Origin: Escherichia coli
GTDB lineage: Bacteria > Pseudomonadota > Gammaproteobacteria > Enterobacterales > Enterobacteriaceae
Reading direction: 5' to 3' (one strand)
NCBI RefSeq assembly: GCF_024502345.1
Contig: NZ_JALDNN010000001.1
Length of the DNA: 64,000 bases
Below are positions 49,486-61,329 of this stretch, in pieces. Numbering within the stretch: position 1 is the first letter of the stretch; every line of letters begins with the position of its first letter. Position numbers and translations under genes: made by a program. The notes under the pieces are model-generated. The model did not search any database and was not told where the DNA came from. It saw only the letters and a program-made list of their open reading frames with translations.

Positions 49486-51252
49486 ATGAATAAATCTCGT
49501 CAAAAAGAGTTAACCCGCTGGTTAAAACAGCAAAGCGTCATCTCCCAACGTTGGCTGAATATTTCTCGTCTGCTGGGCTTTGTAAGCGGCATATTGATCA
49601 TTGCCCAGGCCTGGTTCATGGCGCGAATTCTGCAACATATGATTATGGAGAATATTCCCCGTGAAGCCCTGCTGCTTCCCTTTACGTTACTGGTTCTGAC
49701 CTTTGTACTGCGAGCATGGGTGGTCTGGTTACGCGAACGGGTGGGTTATCACGCCGGGCAGCATATCCGCTTTGCCATCCGCCGTCAGGTTCTCGACCGT
49801 CTGCAACAAGCAGGGCCAGCGTGGATTCAGGGTAAACCTGCGGGGAGCTGGGCGACGCTGGTACTCGAGCAAATTGACGATATGCATGATTACTATGCAC
49901 GCTACCTGCCGCAAATGGCGCTGGCAGTGTCGGTGCCGTTGCTGATTGTGGTGGCGATCTTCCCCTCTAACTGGGCTGCGGCGCTCATTCTGCTGGGCAC
50001 TGCACCGTTAATTCCGTTGTTTATGGCGCTGGTTGGGATGGGGGCTGCCGATGCTAACCGACGTAACTTTCTCGCTCTTGCTCGCTTAAGTGGGCATTTC
50101 CTCGATCGCCTGCGCGGCATGGAAACATTGCGTATTTTTGGTCGTGGTGAAGCTGAAATTGAAAGTATTCGTTCTGCTTCGGAAGATTTCCGCCAACGGA
50201 CAATGGAAGTGCTACGACTGGCGTTTTTATCCTCCGGCATTCTCGAATTTTTTACCTCGCTGTCAATTGCTCTGGTGGCGGTCTACTTTGGTTTTTCCTA
50301 TCTCGGCGAGCTGGATTTTGGTCACTACGATACTGGCGTGACGCTGTCTGCGGGTTTTCTGGCCCTGATCCTTGCGCCAGAGTTTTTCCAGCCATTACGC
50401 GATCTCGGTACGTTTTATCATGCTAAAGCCCAGGCTGTTGGTGCAGCTGACAGTCTGAAAACGTTTATGGAAACCCCGCTCGCCCATCCGCAGCGCGGTG
50501 AGACGGAATTAGCATCGACCGATCCGCTGACCATTGAGGCCGAGGATCTGTTTATCACGTCGCCGGAAGGTAAAACGCTGGCCGGACCGCTGAACTTTAC
50601 TTTGCCAGCAGGCCAACGTGCAGTGTTGGTTGGTCGCAGCGGTTCAGGTAAAAGCTCACTGCTGAACGCGCTTTCTGGTTTTCTCTCATATCAGGGATCA
50701 TTACGAATCAACGGGATAGAATTACGCGATTTATCACCAGAATCATGGCGTAAACATCTCTCCTGGGTTGGGCAAAACCCACAATTACCGGCAGCAACAT
50801 TGCGGGATAACGTACTACTGGCGCGACCTGATGCCAGCGAACAAGAACTACAAGCAGCGCTGGATAACGCCTGGGTCAGCGAGTTTCTACCGCTCCTGCC
50901 ACAAGGCGTTGATACGCCTGTTGGCGACCAGGCTGCCCGCCTTTCCGTGGGGCAGGCGCAGCGCGTAGCGGTGGCCCGTGCGTTACTAAATCCCTGTTCG
51001 CTATTACTGTTGGATGAACCCGCTGCCAGCCTTGATGCTCACAGTGAACAGCGCGTAATGGAGGCGCTGAATGCCGCCTCTCTGCGCCAGACAACGTTAA
51101 TGGTCACCCACCAGTTAGAAGATCTTGCTGACTGGGATGTCATTTGGGTTATGCAGGATGGCCGGATTATTGAGCAAGGACGTTACGCGGAATTAAGTGT
51201 GGCTGGTGGCCCATTCGCCACATTACTGGCCCATCGTCAGGAGGAGATTTAA
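49486..51252 (+). CDS. cydD: Cysteine/glutathione ABC exporter subunit CydD
   Basis: ORF track, 588 aa; Walker [10 protein letters not shown]. Confidence 0.95.
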   Translation: MNKSRQKELTRWLKQQSVISQRWLNISRLLGFVSGILIIAQAWFMARILQHMIMENIPREALLLPFTLLVLTFVLRAWVVWLRERVGYHAGQHIRFAIRRQVLDRLQQAGPAWIQGKPAGSWATLVLEQIDDMHDYYARYLPQMALAVSVPLLIVVAIFPSNWAAALILLGTAPLIPLFMALVGMGAADANRRNFLALARLSGHFLDRLRGMETLRIFGRGEAEIESIRSASEDFRQRTMEVLRLAFLSSGILEFFTSLSIALVAVYFGFSYLGELDFGHYDTGVTLSAGFLALILAPEFFQPLRDLGTFYHAKAQAVGAADSLKTFMETPLAHPQRGETELASTDPLTIEAEDLFITSPEGKTLAGPLNFTLPAGQRAVLVGRSGSGKSSLLNALSGFLSYQGSLRINGIELRDLSPESWRKHLSWVGQNPQLPAATLRDNVLLARPDASEQELQAALDNAWVSEFLPLLPQGVDTPVGDQAARLSVGQAQRVAVARALLNPCSLLLLDEPAASLDAHSEQRVMEALNAASLRQTTLMVTHQLEDLADWDVIWVMQDGRIIEQGRYAELSVAGGPFATLLAHRQEEI

Positions 51253-52974
51253 ATGCGCGCTTTGCTACCCTATCTGGCACTGTATAAACGTCATAAATGG
51301 ATGTTAAGTCTTGGTATTGTGCTGGCAATTGTGACGCTGCTCGCCAGTATCGGTCTGTTGACACTTTCCGGCTGGTTCCTCTCGGCCTCAGCGGTTGCGG
51401 GGGTTGCCGGACTGTACAGCTTCAACTATATGCTACCCGCTGCGGGCGTGCGTGGTGCAGCAATCACCCGTACTGCCGGGCGTTATTTTGAACGTCTGGT
51501 AAGTCACGACGCGACTTTCCGCGTGTTGCAGCATCTGCGCATTTACACCTTCAGCAAATTGTTGCCCCTCTCCCCTGCCGGACTGGCGCGCTATCGTCAG
51601 GGCGAATTGCTCAACCGCGTGGTGGCGGATGTTGATACGCTCGATCATCTTTACCTGCGCGTTATCTCGCCGCTGGTGGGCGCTTTTGTGGTGATTATGG
51701 TGGTGACAGTCGGGTTAAGTTTCCTTGATTTCACCCTCGCCTTTACGCTGGGCGGCATTATGTTACTGACGCTTTTCCTGATGCCACCGCTGTTTTATCG
51801 TGCGGGAAAAAGCACCGGGCAAAATCTGACTCATCTTCGCGGACAGTATCGCCAACAACTGACGGCCTGGCTGCAAGGGCAAGCTGAGCTGACCATTTTT
51901 GGTGCCAGCGATCGTTATCGCACGCAACTAGAGAATACAGAAATTCAATGGCTGGAAGCGCAACGCCGTCAATCTGAACTGACCGCATTGTCGCAAGCGA
52001 TAATGCTGCTCATTGGCGCGTTAGCGGTGATCCTGATGCTGTGGATGGCGTCTGGCGGCGTTGGCGGCAATGCTCAACCCGGCGCGTTAATTGCCCTGTT
52101 TGTCTTTTGCGCGTTAGCCGCGTTTGAAGCACTGGCACCAGTAACGGGTGCATTTCAGCATCTGGGGCAAGTCATTGCCTCTGCCGTTCGGATCACTGAT
52201 TTAACGGATCAAAAACCGGAGGTCACCTTCCCTGATACCCAAACTCGTGTTGCCGATCGCGTTTCGCTGACATTACGGGATGTTCAGTTCACTTATCCGG
52301 AGCAATCCCAACAGGCACTTAAAGGGATTTCTCTTCAGGTAAACGCCGGGGAACATATTGCGATTCTCGGGCGAACCGGATGCGGCAAATCAACACTGTT
52401 ACAACTGCTGACCCGCGCTTGGGACCCGCAACAGGGCGAGATTTTGCTTAACGATAGCCCCATAGCCAGCCTGAATGAAGCGGCTCTACGACAGACCATC
52501 AGCGTTGTTCCTCAGCGAGTGCATCTGTTTAGCGCCACGCTGCGTGATAATCTGTTACTCGCCTCGCCTGGCAGTAGTGATGAGGCTCTGTCGGAGATCT
52601 TGCGTCGCGTTGGTCTGGAGAAGCTGCTCGAGGATGCAGGTCTCAACAGTTGGTTAGGTGAAGGCGGACGCCAGCTCTCCGGTGGTGAACTGCGCCGTCT
52701 GGCTATCGCCCGTGCGCTGTTACATGATGCGCCACTGGTGTTGCTGGATGAACCTACCGAAGGCTTAGATGCCACAACCGAAAGCCAGATCCTTGAATTG
52801 CTTGCAGAAATGATGCGTGAGAAAACGGTGTTAATGGTCACCCATCGACTTCGCGGACTCTCTCGTTTCCAACAAATAATAGTGATGGACAACGGGCAAA
52901 TTATTGAGCAAGGTACTCACGCAGAACTGCTTGCCAGACAGGGGCGTTATTACCAGTTCAAGCAGGGTTTGTAA
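51253..52974 (+). CDS. cydC: Cysteine/glutathione ABC exporter subunit CydC
   Basis: ORF track, 573 aa; Walker A GRTGCGKST, signature LSGGELRRL. Start immediately follows the cydD stop. Confidence 0.95.
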   Translation: MRALLPYLALYKRHKWMLSLGIVLAIVTLLASIGLLTLSGWFLSASAVAGVAGLYSFNYMLPAAGVRGAAITRTAGRYFERLVSHDATFRVLQHLRIYTFSKLLPLSPAGLARYRQGELLNRVVADVDTLDHLYLRVISPLVGAFVVIMVVTVGLSFLDFTLAFTLGGIMLLTLFLMPPLFYRAGKSTGQNLTHLRGQYRQQLTAWLQGQAELTIFGASDRYRTQLENTEIQWLEAQRRQSELTALSQAIMLLIGALAVILMLWMASGGVGGNAQPGALIALFVFCALAAFEALAPVTGAFQHLGQVIASAVRITDLTDQKPEVTFPDTQTRVADRVSLTLRDVQFTYPEQSQQALKGISLQVNAGEHIAILGRTGCGKSTLLQLLTRAWDPQQGEILLNDSPIASLNEAALRQTISVVPQRVHLFSATLRDNLLLASPGSSDEALSEILRRVGLEKLLEDAGLNSWLGEGGRQLSGGELRRLAIARALLHDAPLVLLDEPTEGLDATTESQILELLAEMMREKTVLMVTHRLRGLSRFQQIIVMDNGQIIEQGTHAELLARQGRYYQFKQGL

Positions 52975-53015
52975 GCTATTATTGAACGATCCGACTTGCG
53001 TGGAGTTTTGCGGTC

Positions 53016-53720
53016 ATGCGCCTGGTTCAGCTTTCTCGCCATTCAATAGCCTTCCCTTCCCCGGAAGGCGCATTACGTGAGCCTAACGGCCTGCTGGCAC
53101 TTGGGGGCGATCTTAGCCCTGCGCGCCTGTTAATGGCTTACCAGCGTGGTATTTTTCCGTGGTTTTCTCCAGGCGACCCCATCCTCTGGTGGTCGCCCGA
53201 TCCCCGCGCGGTGCTATGGCCAGAATCACTGCATATCAGCCGTAGTATGAAGCGATTTCATAAACGCTCGCCCTATCGTGTCACGATGAATTACGCTTTT
53301 GGTCAGGTCATTGAAGGCTGTGCCAGCGATCGCGAAGAAGGAACCTGGATCACGCGTGGCGTGGTCGAAGCCTACCATCGCCTTCACGAACTCGGTCATG
53401 CCCACTCCATTGAAGTCTGGCGTGAAGATGAGCTTGTCGGCGGTATGTACGGCGTGGCCCAGGGAACGCTATTTTGTGGCGAGTCCATGTTCAGCCGGAT
53501 GGAAAATGCGTCTAAAACGGCGCTTCTGGTATTCTGTGAGGAATTTATCGGTCATGGCGGTAAGCTTATCGACTGCCAGGTCCTTAACGATCACACAGCA
53601 TCGCTTGGTGCCTGCGAAATTCCCCGCCGGGATTACCTTAATTATCTCAATCAAATGCGCCTCGGACGATTGCCGATTAATTTCTGGGTACCACGATGCT
53701 TGTTTTCACCACAAGAATGA
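53016..53720 (+). CDS. aat: Leucyl/phenylalanyl-tRNA--protein transferase
   Basis: ORF track, 234 aa, [20 protein letters not shown].... Confidence 0.95.
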   Translation: MRLVQLSRHSIAFPSPEGALREPNGLLALGGDLSPARLLMAYQRGIFPWFSPGDPILWWSPDPRAVLWPESLHISRSMKRFHKRSPYRVTMNYAFGQVIEGCASDREEGTWITRGVVEAYHRLHELGHAHSIEVWREDELVGGMYGVAQGTLFCGESMFSRMENASKTALLVFCEEFIGHGGKLIDCQVLNDHTASLGACEIPRRDYLNYLNQMRLGRLPINFWVPRCLFSPQE

Positions 53721-54001
53721 ATGTTTTCGGCACATTTCTCCCCAGAGTGTTATAATTGCGGTCGCAGAGTTGGTTACGCTCATTACCCCGCTGCCGATAA
53801 GGAATTTTTCGCGTCAGGTAACGCCCATCGTTTATCTCACCGCTCCCTTATACGTTGCGCTTTTGGTGCGGCTTAGCCGTGTGTTTTCGGAGTAATGTGC
53901 CGAACCTGTTTGTTGCGATTTAGCGCGCAAATCTTTACTTATTTACAGAACTTCGGCATTATCTTGCCGGTTCAAATTACGGTAGTGATACCCCAGAGGA
54001 T

Positions 54002-54223
<222 letters not shown>

Positions 54224-54404
54224 TTGTTTTACCGCCTGATGGGCGAAGAGAAAGAACGAGTAAAAGGTCGGTTTAACCGGCCTTTTTATTTTGTGATATG
54301 TATGAAGTACTTTGGAAGTATAAGTCCATAACTTGTCTCGATGTAGATATACTGCACAACTTGTTTACAGTATGAGCAAACAATAATTATCATTAAAATT
54401 CTTC

Positions 54405-54433
54405 TTGACCGTTTTACTCCAACTCCCTATAGT
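54405..54433 (+). promoter_or_regulatory. serW promoter (sigma70) with GC-rich discriminator
   Basis: TTGACC (54405..54410), 17-nt spacer, TATAGT (54428..54433), then GC-rich AGCGCCCCG before the tRNA; typical of stringently controlled stable-RNA promoters. Confidence 0.6.
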
Positions 54434-54476
54434 AGCGCCCCGTTGCCACCCATGAGGTTTGGCAGCAAAACAATTT

Positions 54477-54564
54477 GGTGAGGTGTCCGAGTGGCTGAAG
54501 GAGCACGCCTGGAAAGTGTGTATACGGCAACGTATCGGGGGTTCGAATCCCCCCCTCACCGCCA
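54477..54564 (+). tRNA. serW: tRNA-Ser (anticodon GGA)
   Basis: 88 nt GGTGAGGTGTCCGAGTGGCTGAAGGAGCACGCCTGGAAAGTGTG...GGTTCGAATCCCCCCCTCACCGCCA. Acceptor stem GGTGAGG/CCTCACC, anticodon loop CTGGAAA, long variable arm, encoded CCA. Confidence 0.93.
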
Positions 54565-54576
54565 TATTTAAAGAAG

Positions 54577-54606
54577 AGCTCGTACGAAAGTACGGGCTTT
54601 TTTTTC
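54577..54606 (+). terminator. Rho-independent terminator downstream of serW
   Basis: 9-bp stem AGCTCGTAC-gaaa-GTACGGGCT followed by nine T. Confidence 0.8.
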
Positions 54607-54615
54607 GCATTTTAT

Positions 54616-54695
54616 CTGCCTGTACGGCAGTGAACATGGTGGGCGGGTGGAGTATGTTACCAGTGAATTTCTAAGCTGCCTGTACGGCAGTGAAC
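54616..54695 (+). repeat. Pair of identical 20-bp direct repeats, each a small hairpin, downstream of serW
   Basis: CTGCCTGTACGGCAGTGAAC at 54616..54635 and again at 54676..54695, exactly 60 bp start to start. Each contains the dyad CTGCC-tgtac-GGCAG. Confidence 0.8.
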
Positions 54696-54850
54696 TCAAA
54701 TACTACACGTTTAGCCCGTTGTTAATAAAGCAAAACCATCTCATTTTCCTGCTGTCACCCTTTTTTATCCTTACCTTTTCCAGCAGCACTAATTATCAAC
54801 AACTTACCTTCACCTCCAAAAATAGGGTTTTCACCGTTCCACCCCATAAA

Positions 54851-54885
54851 TAAAAAGTCCGTAACCTCTTTCGAGATTACGGACT
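54851..54885 (-). terminator. Rho-independent terminator downstream of clpA
   Basis: Minus-strand hairpin GTCCGTAA ... TTACGGAC followed by TTTTTATTTATG. Confidence 0.65.
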
Positions 54886-54909
54886 TCACCAACCTACCTG
54901 ACAATCAGA

Positions 54910-57186
54910 TTAATGCGCTGCTTCCGCCTTGTGCTTTTGTGCACTCTGGAATCCGTAAGTCAGCTCATTTTTCTCTTTATCCAGCGCGACGGTGACCTGA
55001 CCGCCGTCCACCAGCGAACCAAACAGCAGTTCGTTGGCAAGCGGTTTTTTCAGGTTGTCCTGGATGACACGCGCCATCGGACGTGCGCCCATTGCCCGGT
55101 CGTAACCTTTCTCGGCCAGCCAGTTACGCGCTTCCTGGCTCACTTCCAGAGAAACACCTTTCTGATCCAGCTGAACCTGCAACTCGACGATGAATTTATC
55201 CACCACCTGATGGATCACGTCAGTTGACAGATGATCGAACCAGATAATGTTGTCGAGACGGTTACGGAATTCCGGTGTAAAGATCTTCTTGATCTCTTCC
55301 ATCGCATCGGTGCTGTTATCCTGGTGGATAAGACCAATGGATTTGCGCTCAGTTTCCCGTACCCCGGCGTTAGTGGTCATCACCAGCACCACGTTACGGA
55401 AGTCCGCTTTGCGTCCGTTGTTATCGGTCAGCGTACCGTTGTCCATCACCTGCAACAGAATATTGAACACGTCCGGATGCGCTTTCTCGATTTCGTCCAG
55501 CAGCAGCACCGCATGTGGATGCTTGATTACCGCATCGGTCAGCAAACCGCCCTGATCAAAACCAACGTATCCCGGAGGCGCACCAATCAGACGGCTGACG
55601 GTATGGCGTTCCATATACTCGGACATATCAAAGCGCAGAAGCTCAATGCCCAACGCTTTCGAAAGCTGTACCGTCACCTCTGTTTTCCCGACCCCGGTAG
55701 GGCCGGCAAACAGGAACGAACCGACAGGTTTATGTTCGTGACCTAAACCTGCACGCGCCATCTTAATGGCTTCAGTCAGCGCCTCAATGGCTTTATCCTG
55801 ACCGAAGACCAGCATTTTCAGGCGATCGCCGAGGTTTTTCAGGGTAGCGCGGTCACTCTGAGAAACACTCTTCTCTGGAATGCGTGCAATACGGGCCACC
55901 ACGGACTCAATATCCGCCACATTTACGGTTTTCTTGCGTTTGCTTACCGGCATCAGGCGTGCGCGAGCGCCCGCTTCGTCGATAACATCAATCGCTTTAT
56001 CCGGCAGATGACGATCGTTAATGTATTTCACCGCCAGCTCTACCGCCGCACGCACCGCTTTTGCGGTATAACGCACGTCGTGGTGCGCTTCATACTTCGG
56101 TTTCAGGCCATTGATGATTTGAACAGTTTCTTCGATCGACGGTTCAGTAATATCAATTTTCTGGAAGCGACGCGCCAGAGCACGGTCTTTCTCGAAAATG
56201 TTGCTGAACTCCTGATAGGTTGTCGAACCAATTACGCGAATTTTACCGCTGGAGAGCAACGGTTTGATTAGGTTAGCCGCATCGACCTGACCACCAGACG
56301 CTGCACCCGCACCGATAATGGTGTGGATCTCATCAATAAACAGGATGCTGTTAGTGTCCTGCTCCAGCTGCTTGAGCAACGCTTTAAAACGTTTTTCAAA
56401 GTCGCCGCGATATTTTGTGCCCGCTAACAGAGAACCGATATCGAGAGAGTAAATTGTACAGTCAGCCATCACTTCCGGCACATCGCCCTGAACAATTCGC
56501 CAGGCAAGACCTTCTGCAATCGCGGTTTTACCGACACCAGATTCCCCCACTAGCAGCGGGTTGTTTTTACGGCGACGGCAGAGAACCTGAATAGCACGCT
56601 CCAGCTCCTTCTCACGACCAATCAGTGGGTCGATTCCGCCCACGCGCGCAAGCTGATTCAGGTTCGTCGTGAAATTCTCCATACGTTCCTCCCCACCAGC
56701 TTGTTCTTCGCTGTTTGGCTGGCTGCCAGGATCAGAAGACTGTGTCGGCTCGTCTTTACGCGTGCCATGAGAGATAAAGTTCACCACATCGAGACGGCTG
56801 ACTTCATGTTTACGCAACAGATATGCCGCCTGCGACTCCTGTTCGCTAAAGATAGCGACCAGAACGTTTGCACCGGTAACCTCATTGCGACCGGAGGACT
56901 GGACATGGAAGACCGCACGTTGCAGTACACGCTGAAAACTCAGCGTCGGCTGTGTGTCGCGCTCCTCTTCACTGGCAGGCAGAACGGGTGTGGTTTGTTC
57001 AATAAAGGCTTCCAGTTCCTGACGGAGCGCAACCAAATCCACAGAACACGCTTCCAGCGCCTCCCGGGCAGATGGGTTACTGAGCAGCGCCAGTAACAAG
57101 TGCTCGACGGTCATAAACTCATGACGGTGCTCGCGCGCTCTGGCGAAAGCCATATTTAAACTGAGTTCCAGTTCTTGATTGAGCAT
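54910..57186 (-). CDS. clpA: ATP-dependent Clp protease ATP-binding subunit ClpA
   Basis: ORF track 54910..57201. ATG at 57186 gives [19 protein letters not shown]... (758 aa); two AAA+ modules ([16 protein letters not shown]). Confidence 0.97.
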   Translation of the reverse strand: MLNQELELSLNMAFARAREHRHEFMTVEHLLLALLSNPSAREALEACSVDLVALRQELEAFIEQTTPVLPASEEERDTQPTLSFQRVLQRAVFHVQSSGRNEVTGANVLVAIFSEQESQAAYLLRKHEVSRLDVVNFISHGTRKDEPTQSSDPGSQPNSEEQAGGEERMENFTTNLNQLARVGGIDPLIGREKELERAIQVLCRRRKNNPLLVGESGVGKTAIAEGLAWRIVQGDVPEVMADCTIYSLDIGSLLAGTKYRGDFEKRFKALLKQLEQDTNSILFIDEIHTIIGAGAASGGQVDAANLIKPLLSSGKIRVIGSTTYQEFSNIFEKDRALARRFQKIDITEPSIEETVQIINGLKPKYEAHHDVRYTAKAVRAAVELAVKYINDRHLPDKAIDVIDEAGARARLMPVSKRKKTVNVADIESVVARIARIPEKSVSQSDRATLKNLGDRLKMLVFGQDKAIEALTEAIKMARAGLGHEHKPVGSFLFAGPTGVGKTEVTVQLSKALGIELLRFDMSEYMERHTVSRLIGAPPGYVGFDQGGLLTDAVIKHPHAVLLLDEIEKAHPDVFNILLQVMDNGTLTDNNGRKADFRNVVLVMTTNAGVRETERKSIGLIHQDNSTDAMEEIKKIFTPEFRNRLDNIIWFDHLSTDVIHQVVDKFIVELQVQLDQKGVSLEVSQEARNWLAEKGYDRAMGARPMARVIQDNLKKPLANELLFGSLVDGGQVTVALDKEKNELTYGFQSAQKHKAEAAH

Positions 57187-57216
57187 AGGCACCTCCCCCA
57201 ATTTTTATGCCTGCAT

Positions 57217-57537
57217 TCAGGCTTTTTCTAGCGTACACAGCAATGGATGCTCATTCTCCCTCGCGTACTTGTTCACCATCGCCACTTTGGTTTCTGCAAC
57301 CTCGGCGGTAAAGACTCCGCAAATGGCCTTCCCCTGGTAGTGAACAGCGAGCATCAATTGCGTTGCACGTTCTACATCATAAGAAAAGAATTTTTGTAAC
57401 ACGTCAATAACAAACTCCATCGGAGTGTAATCATCATTGACTAATATCACTTTATACATAGATGGCGGTTTTAGCGCGTCGCGAACTTTTTCTTCCGCCA
57501 GTTGATCAAAGTCCAGCCAGTCGTTCGTTTTACCCAT
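57217..57537 (-). CDS. clpS: ClpA adaptor protein ClpS
   Basis: ORF track, 106 aa, [43 protein letters not shown].... Confidence 0.95.
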
Positions 57538-57859
57538 TGTCAGTTATCATCTTCGGTTACGGTTATCGGCAGAACGCCCTGCCGCTGACAAGAGCTTATT
57601 TGCCTGACCAATCTACTCCACATGATAGATAACTATCATCTATCGTTGGCATCAGCGACATCTGTCACATTCCTGTCAATAGCGTTAACTGCTTCAAATT
57701 TTTGATTCATACCTGCCCCCTGGCCCCTGTCAAATGCTTGACGGCTCGCCCTAATTCTCTAAATTGTATTTCTAGAGTTGGCGAGGTTTTGAACAGCCCC
57801 CTCTCTGACCCCGGTTTATTCCATCTTACTTGTATAAGATTTGCGAAGGATGTCGAAGC

Positions 57860-58084
57860 ATGGAAAAGGGTACTGTTAAGTGGTTCAACAATGCCAAAGG
57901 GTTTGGTTTCATCTGCCCTGAAGGCGGCGGCGAAGATATTTTCGCTCATTATTCCACCATTCAGATGGATGGTTACAGAACGCTAAAAGCTGGACAATCC
58001 GTTCAGTTTGATGTCCACCAGGGGCCAAAAGGCAATCACGCCAGTGTTATTGTGCCCGTCGAAGTAGAAGCGGCAGTCGCATAG
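57860..58084 (+). CDS. cspD: Cold-shock-domain protein CspD (stationary-phase replication inhibitor)
   Basis: ORF track 57830..58084. ATG at 57860 gives MEKGTVKWFNNAKGFGFICPEGGGEDIFAHYSTI... (74 aa). Confidence 0.95.
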   Translation: MEKGTVKWFNNAKGFGFICPEGGGEDIFAHYSTIQMDGYRTLKAGQSVQFDVHQGPKGNHASVIVPVEVEAAVA

Positions 58085-58116
58085 CTCTTCTGTCTCATTG
58101 TGTACATCCTAAAGGC

Positions 58117-58148
58117 AAAATGCCAGCCCGATCGGCTGGCATTTTTAT
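58117..58148. terminator. Bidirectional terminator between convergent cspD and macB
   Basis: AAAATGCCAGCC-cgatcg-GGCTGGCATTTT: long palindrome with A-run and T-run flanks. Confidence 0.75.
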
Positions 58149-58156
58149 CTCAAAAA

Positions 58157-60103
58157 TTACTCTCGTGCCAGAGCATCTACTGGATCCAGTCGTGCCGCAT
58201 TTCGTGCGGGTAACCATCCAAATAAAATCCCGGTGGCCGTCGAGCAGAGAAACGCCAGCAGCAGTGCCAACGGTGAAAAACCAATCTCCCAGCCGGGTAA
58301 GAAAAGCTGCAAGGTGAAAGCAATTAACAGTGACAGTGTTATTCCCAACGCGCCACCGACCAGGCAAACCAGTACGGCTTCGATCAGGAACTGTTGCAAA
58401 ACATCGCTTGCTCGCGCACCTACAGCCATGCGAATGCCAATTTCCCGCGTCCGCTCGGTCACTGACACCAGCATAATATTCATTACACCAATACCGCCCA
58501 CCACCAGCGAAATCACCGCCACCAGCGTCAGAAACAGTTGTAAAGTACGTGTGGTCTTTTCAACGGTTTTCAAGACGCCGTCCATGTTCCAGGTAAAGAA
58601 ATCCTTCTTACCGTGGCGCAGTGAAAGTAAACGCGTGAGTTGCTGTTCCGCCTCGGCGCTGTCAAATCCTTCTTTCACCCTGACAGTAATGGAGTTAAGC
58701 CACGACTGGCCCATAACTCGCCCGGACATCGTGCTGTAAGGTAGCCAGACACGCAGCACTTTACTGCTACCAAACATCGACTGTTTTTCTTCCGCCACAC
58801 CAATGACTCTGGCGGGCATATTGCCGACCAGAATCACCTCGCCAACCACATCTGCTTTATGGGGGAAAAGCTGGCGGCGAGTATTACTGTCGAGAACCAC
58901 TACCTGCGCACGACCGTTCAGCTGCTCCTGATTAAAGGTGTTTCCTTCACTGAAGGTCATGCCATAGACATTAAAATAATCGCCGCTCACGCCATTGGCA
59001 CTGGCAGCAACATCAACATTGTTGTAACGCAGGCGCAGGTTTTGCGAGACGGCAGGTGTGGCTGAAGCGACCCACGGTTGTTTTTGGATGGCGATTAAGT
59101 CATCGTACTTCAGCGCCTGCTGATATTGCGGATCGTCATCGCCAAAATCTTTCCCGGGGTAGACGTCAATAGTATTCGTACCAATAGAACGAATATCCGC
59201 CAGCACCATTTGTTTGGCGGCGTCACCTACCACGACAATGGAAACCACCGACGCAATACCGATAATAATCCCCAGCATGGTCAGTAAAGTACGCATTTTA
59301 TTCGCTGCCAACGCCCGCCACGCCATCGTCAGCGCCTCGTTAAAACCGCTGACAAACTGCCGCCAGCCAGACACCGTGTTGACAACAGGTTCCGTCCGTC
59401 CAGCAACATTCACTTTTTCAATGGCGGGAGGATTGCGCACAATTTCGCCGTCGCGAATTTCGATCACCCGCTCGGCCTGAGCAGCGACCTGCGGATCGTG
59501 AGTGACGATAATCACCGTATGCCCGCGATCGCGCAGCTGATGCAGGATCGCCATCACCTCTTCGCCTGAATGGCTGTCCAGTGCGCCGGTCGGTTCATCG
59601 GCAAGAATTACCTGACCGCCGTTCATCAATGCCCGCGCGATGCTAACGCGCTGTTGCTGACCACCCGAAAGCTGTGCCGGATAATACTCTGTACGGTCTT
59701 CCAGCCCCAGTCGTTGCAGTAACTCCTGGGCGCGAAGCAGCCGCTGTTTCCGCTCAAGACCGGCATAGACGGCGGGTACTTCAACGTTCTGCTCGGCGGT
59801 TAAATGCGAAAGCAAATGGTAACGCTGGAAAATAAAGCCGAAATGCTCGCGGCGCAGTTGCGCCAGCGCATCGGCGTCCAGTGTGGCAACATCCTGACCG
59901 GCGACGCGATAGGTGCCGCTGGTGGCCTTATCCAGACAGCCGAGAATATTCATCAGGGTCGATTTACCGGAACCCGAAGCGCCAACAATCGCTACCATCT
60001 CACCGGCATAAATATCGAGGGTGATGCCCTTCAGCACCTCAACCTGCTCATCACCGGCAGGATAGCTGCGACGAATATCCTTTAATTCGAGCAAAGGCGT
60101 CAT
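58157..60103 (-). CDS. macB: Macrolide/peptide export ABC transporter MacB (ATPase-permease fusion)
   Basis: ORF track, 648 aa; Walker [10 protein letters not shown], signature LSGGQQQR. Confidence 0.95.
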   Translation of the reverse strand: MTPLLELKDIRRSYPAGDEQVEVLKGITLDIYAGEMVAIVGASGSGKSTLMNILGCLDKATSGTYRVAGQDVATLDADALAQLRREHFGFIFQRYHLLSHLTAEQNVEVPAVYAGLERKQRLLRAQELLQRLGLEDRTEYYPAQLSGGQQQRVSIARALMNGGQVILADEPTGALDSHSGEEVMAILHQLRDRGHTVIIVTHDPQVAAQAERVIEIRDGEIVRNPPAIEKVNVAGRTEPVVNTVSGWRQFVSGFNEALTMAWRALAANKMRTLLTMLGIIIGIASVVSIVVVGDAAKQMVLADIRSIGTNTIDVYPGKDFGDDDPQYQQALKYDDLIAIQKQPWVASATPAVSQNLRLRYNNVDVAASANGVSGDYFNVYGMTFSEGNTFNQEQLNGRAQVVVLDSNTRRQLFPHKADVVGEVILVGNMPARVIGVAEEKQSMFGSSKVLRVWLPYSTMSGRVMGQSWLNSITVRVKEGFDSAEAEQQLTRLLSLRHGKKDFFTWNMDGVLKTVEKTTRTLQLFLTLVAVISLVVGGIGVMNIMLVSVTERTREIGIRMAVGARASDVLQQFLIEAVLVCLVGGALGITLSLLIAFTLQLFLPGWEIGFSPLALLLAFLCSTATGILFGWLPARNAARLDPVDALARE

Positions 60104-61215
60104 TGTGCAGCTCCTGGTTTGGCCTCACCAATCACCACTTCATCGCCCGCTTCCAGCCCTTTGACAATCTCAACATCGGTATCGTTACGTGCGCCAATCG
60201 TCACTTCACGCTCGCGTGTTTCACCATTACGCAACAATTTGACTTTATAACGATTATCGCCAACCGGATCGCCTAACGCCGACAGAGGGATCGTCAGCAC
60301 ATTTTTCACATCGGTGAGCTGAATATGCACTTGCGCAGTCATATCCAGCCGCAGCAAACCATTGGGGTTGGGGACTTCAAAACGGGCGTAATAGAAAATA
60401 GCGTCGTTAACCTTTTCCGGCGTCGGTAGTACATCCTTGATTTGCCCCTCGTAGCGCGTCAGTGGATCGCCAAGTACCGTAAACCAGGCTTTTTGCCCCG
60501 GCTTCAGGTGGATTACATCCGCTTCAGAAACCTGCGCTTTTACCAGCATGGTGCTCATATCTGCCAGCGTCAGAATGTTCGGTGCTTGTTGTGCGGCAAT
60601 CACCGTCTGGCCTTGCAGAGTGGTGATTTGCGTGACTTCCCCGGCCATCGGGGCAACGATGCGAGTGTAATCGAGATTGGTTTTAGCCGTATCGAGAGAA
60701 GCCTGATTGCGCTTGATTTGCGCGTCAATGGTGCCAATTTGCGCCTGTTTCACAGCCATCTCCGTCGCGGCGGTGTCGAGATCCTGCTGTGAAACCGCCT
60801 GCGTTTGTGCCAGACGTTGCTGACGGGAATACGTCACCCGCGCCAGTTTCAGCTCCGCTTCCGCCTGCTGCCGCTGCGCGCGTAGCTCCATCAGCGTTGC
60901 TTCGACCTCCTTGATCTGGTTTTCAGCCTGTTCAGGATCAATGACCCCTAAAAGCTGGTCTTTTTTTACTTTATCGCCAATCGCCACCGACAGCGTTTTC
61001 AACTGACCGCTGACCTGCGCGCCCACATCAACCTTACGCAGCGCGTCCAGCTTTCCGGTCGCCAGCACGCTTTGCTGTAAATCACCGGGGCGCACAATCA
61101 GTGTCTGGTAAGTCGGCACGGGTGCGTTAAGAATTCTCCATAACGTAATCAGTCCGGCGATGACTATCACCAGCGCAATAACGTAACGCTTCTTCACGGT
61201 TTTCCGCTTTTTCAT
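60100..61215 (-). CDS. macA: Membrane fusion protein MacA
   Basis: ORF track 60100..61242. ATG at 61215 gives [22 protein letters not shown]... (371 aa). 4-nt overlap with the macB start. Confidence 0.93.
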   Translation of the reverse strand: MKKRKTVKKRYVIALVIVIAGLITLWRILNAPVPTYQTLIVRPGDLQQSVLATGKLDALRKVDVGAQVSGQLKTLSVAIGDKVKKDQLLGVIDPEQAENQIKEVEATLMELRAQRQQAEAELKLARVTYSRQQRLAQTQAVSQQDLDTAATEMAVKQAQIGTIDAQIKRNQASLDTAKTNLDYTRIVAPMAGEVTQITTLQGQTVIAAQQAPNILTLADMSTMLVKAQVSEADVIHLKPGQKAWFTVLGDPLTRYEGQIKDVLPTPEKVNDAIFYYARFEVPNPNGLLRLDMTAQVHIQLTDVKNVLTIPLSALGDPVGDNRYKVKLLRNGETREREVTIGARNDTDVEIVKGLEAGDEVVIGEAKPGAAQ

Positions 61216-61329
61216 AAATATTCTGAATACTCCATATGCCAATCCGGGTCATTAACTTCAACGAAATATCAACAAAACCCTAAAATTTACGTTAGTAATC
61301 ACACTATTGATGTTTGGTTAAGATACGCA

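Noticed and set aside
54477-54909. Genomic island or prophage integrated at the serW tRNA
   Set aside because: clpA follows within about 345 bp; there is no integrase, no tRNA 3'-end duplication and no foreign gene block. Only the short direct repeat pair (reported as a finding) is unusual.
61216-61329. PhoP box in the macA-ybjX divergent promoter region
   Set aside because: Only a partial direct repeat (TGTTGA-N5-CGTTGA on the minus strand) could be found; too degenerate to call from sequence alone, though both genes are plausibly PhoP-regulated.
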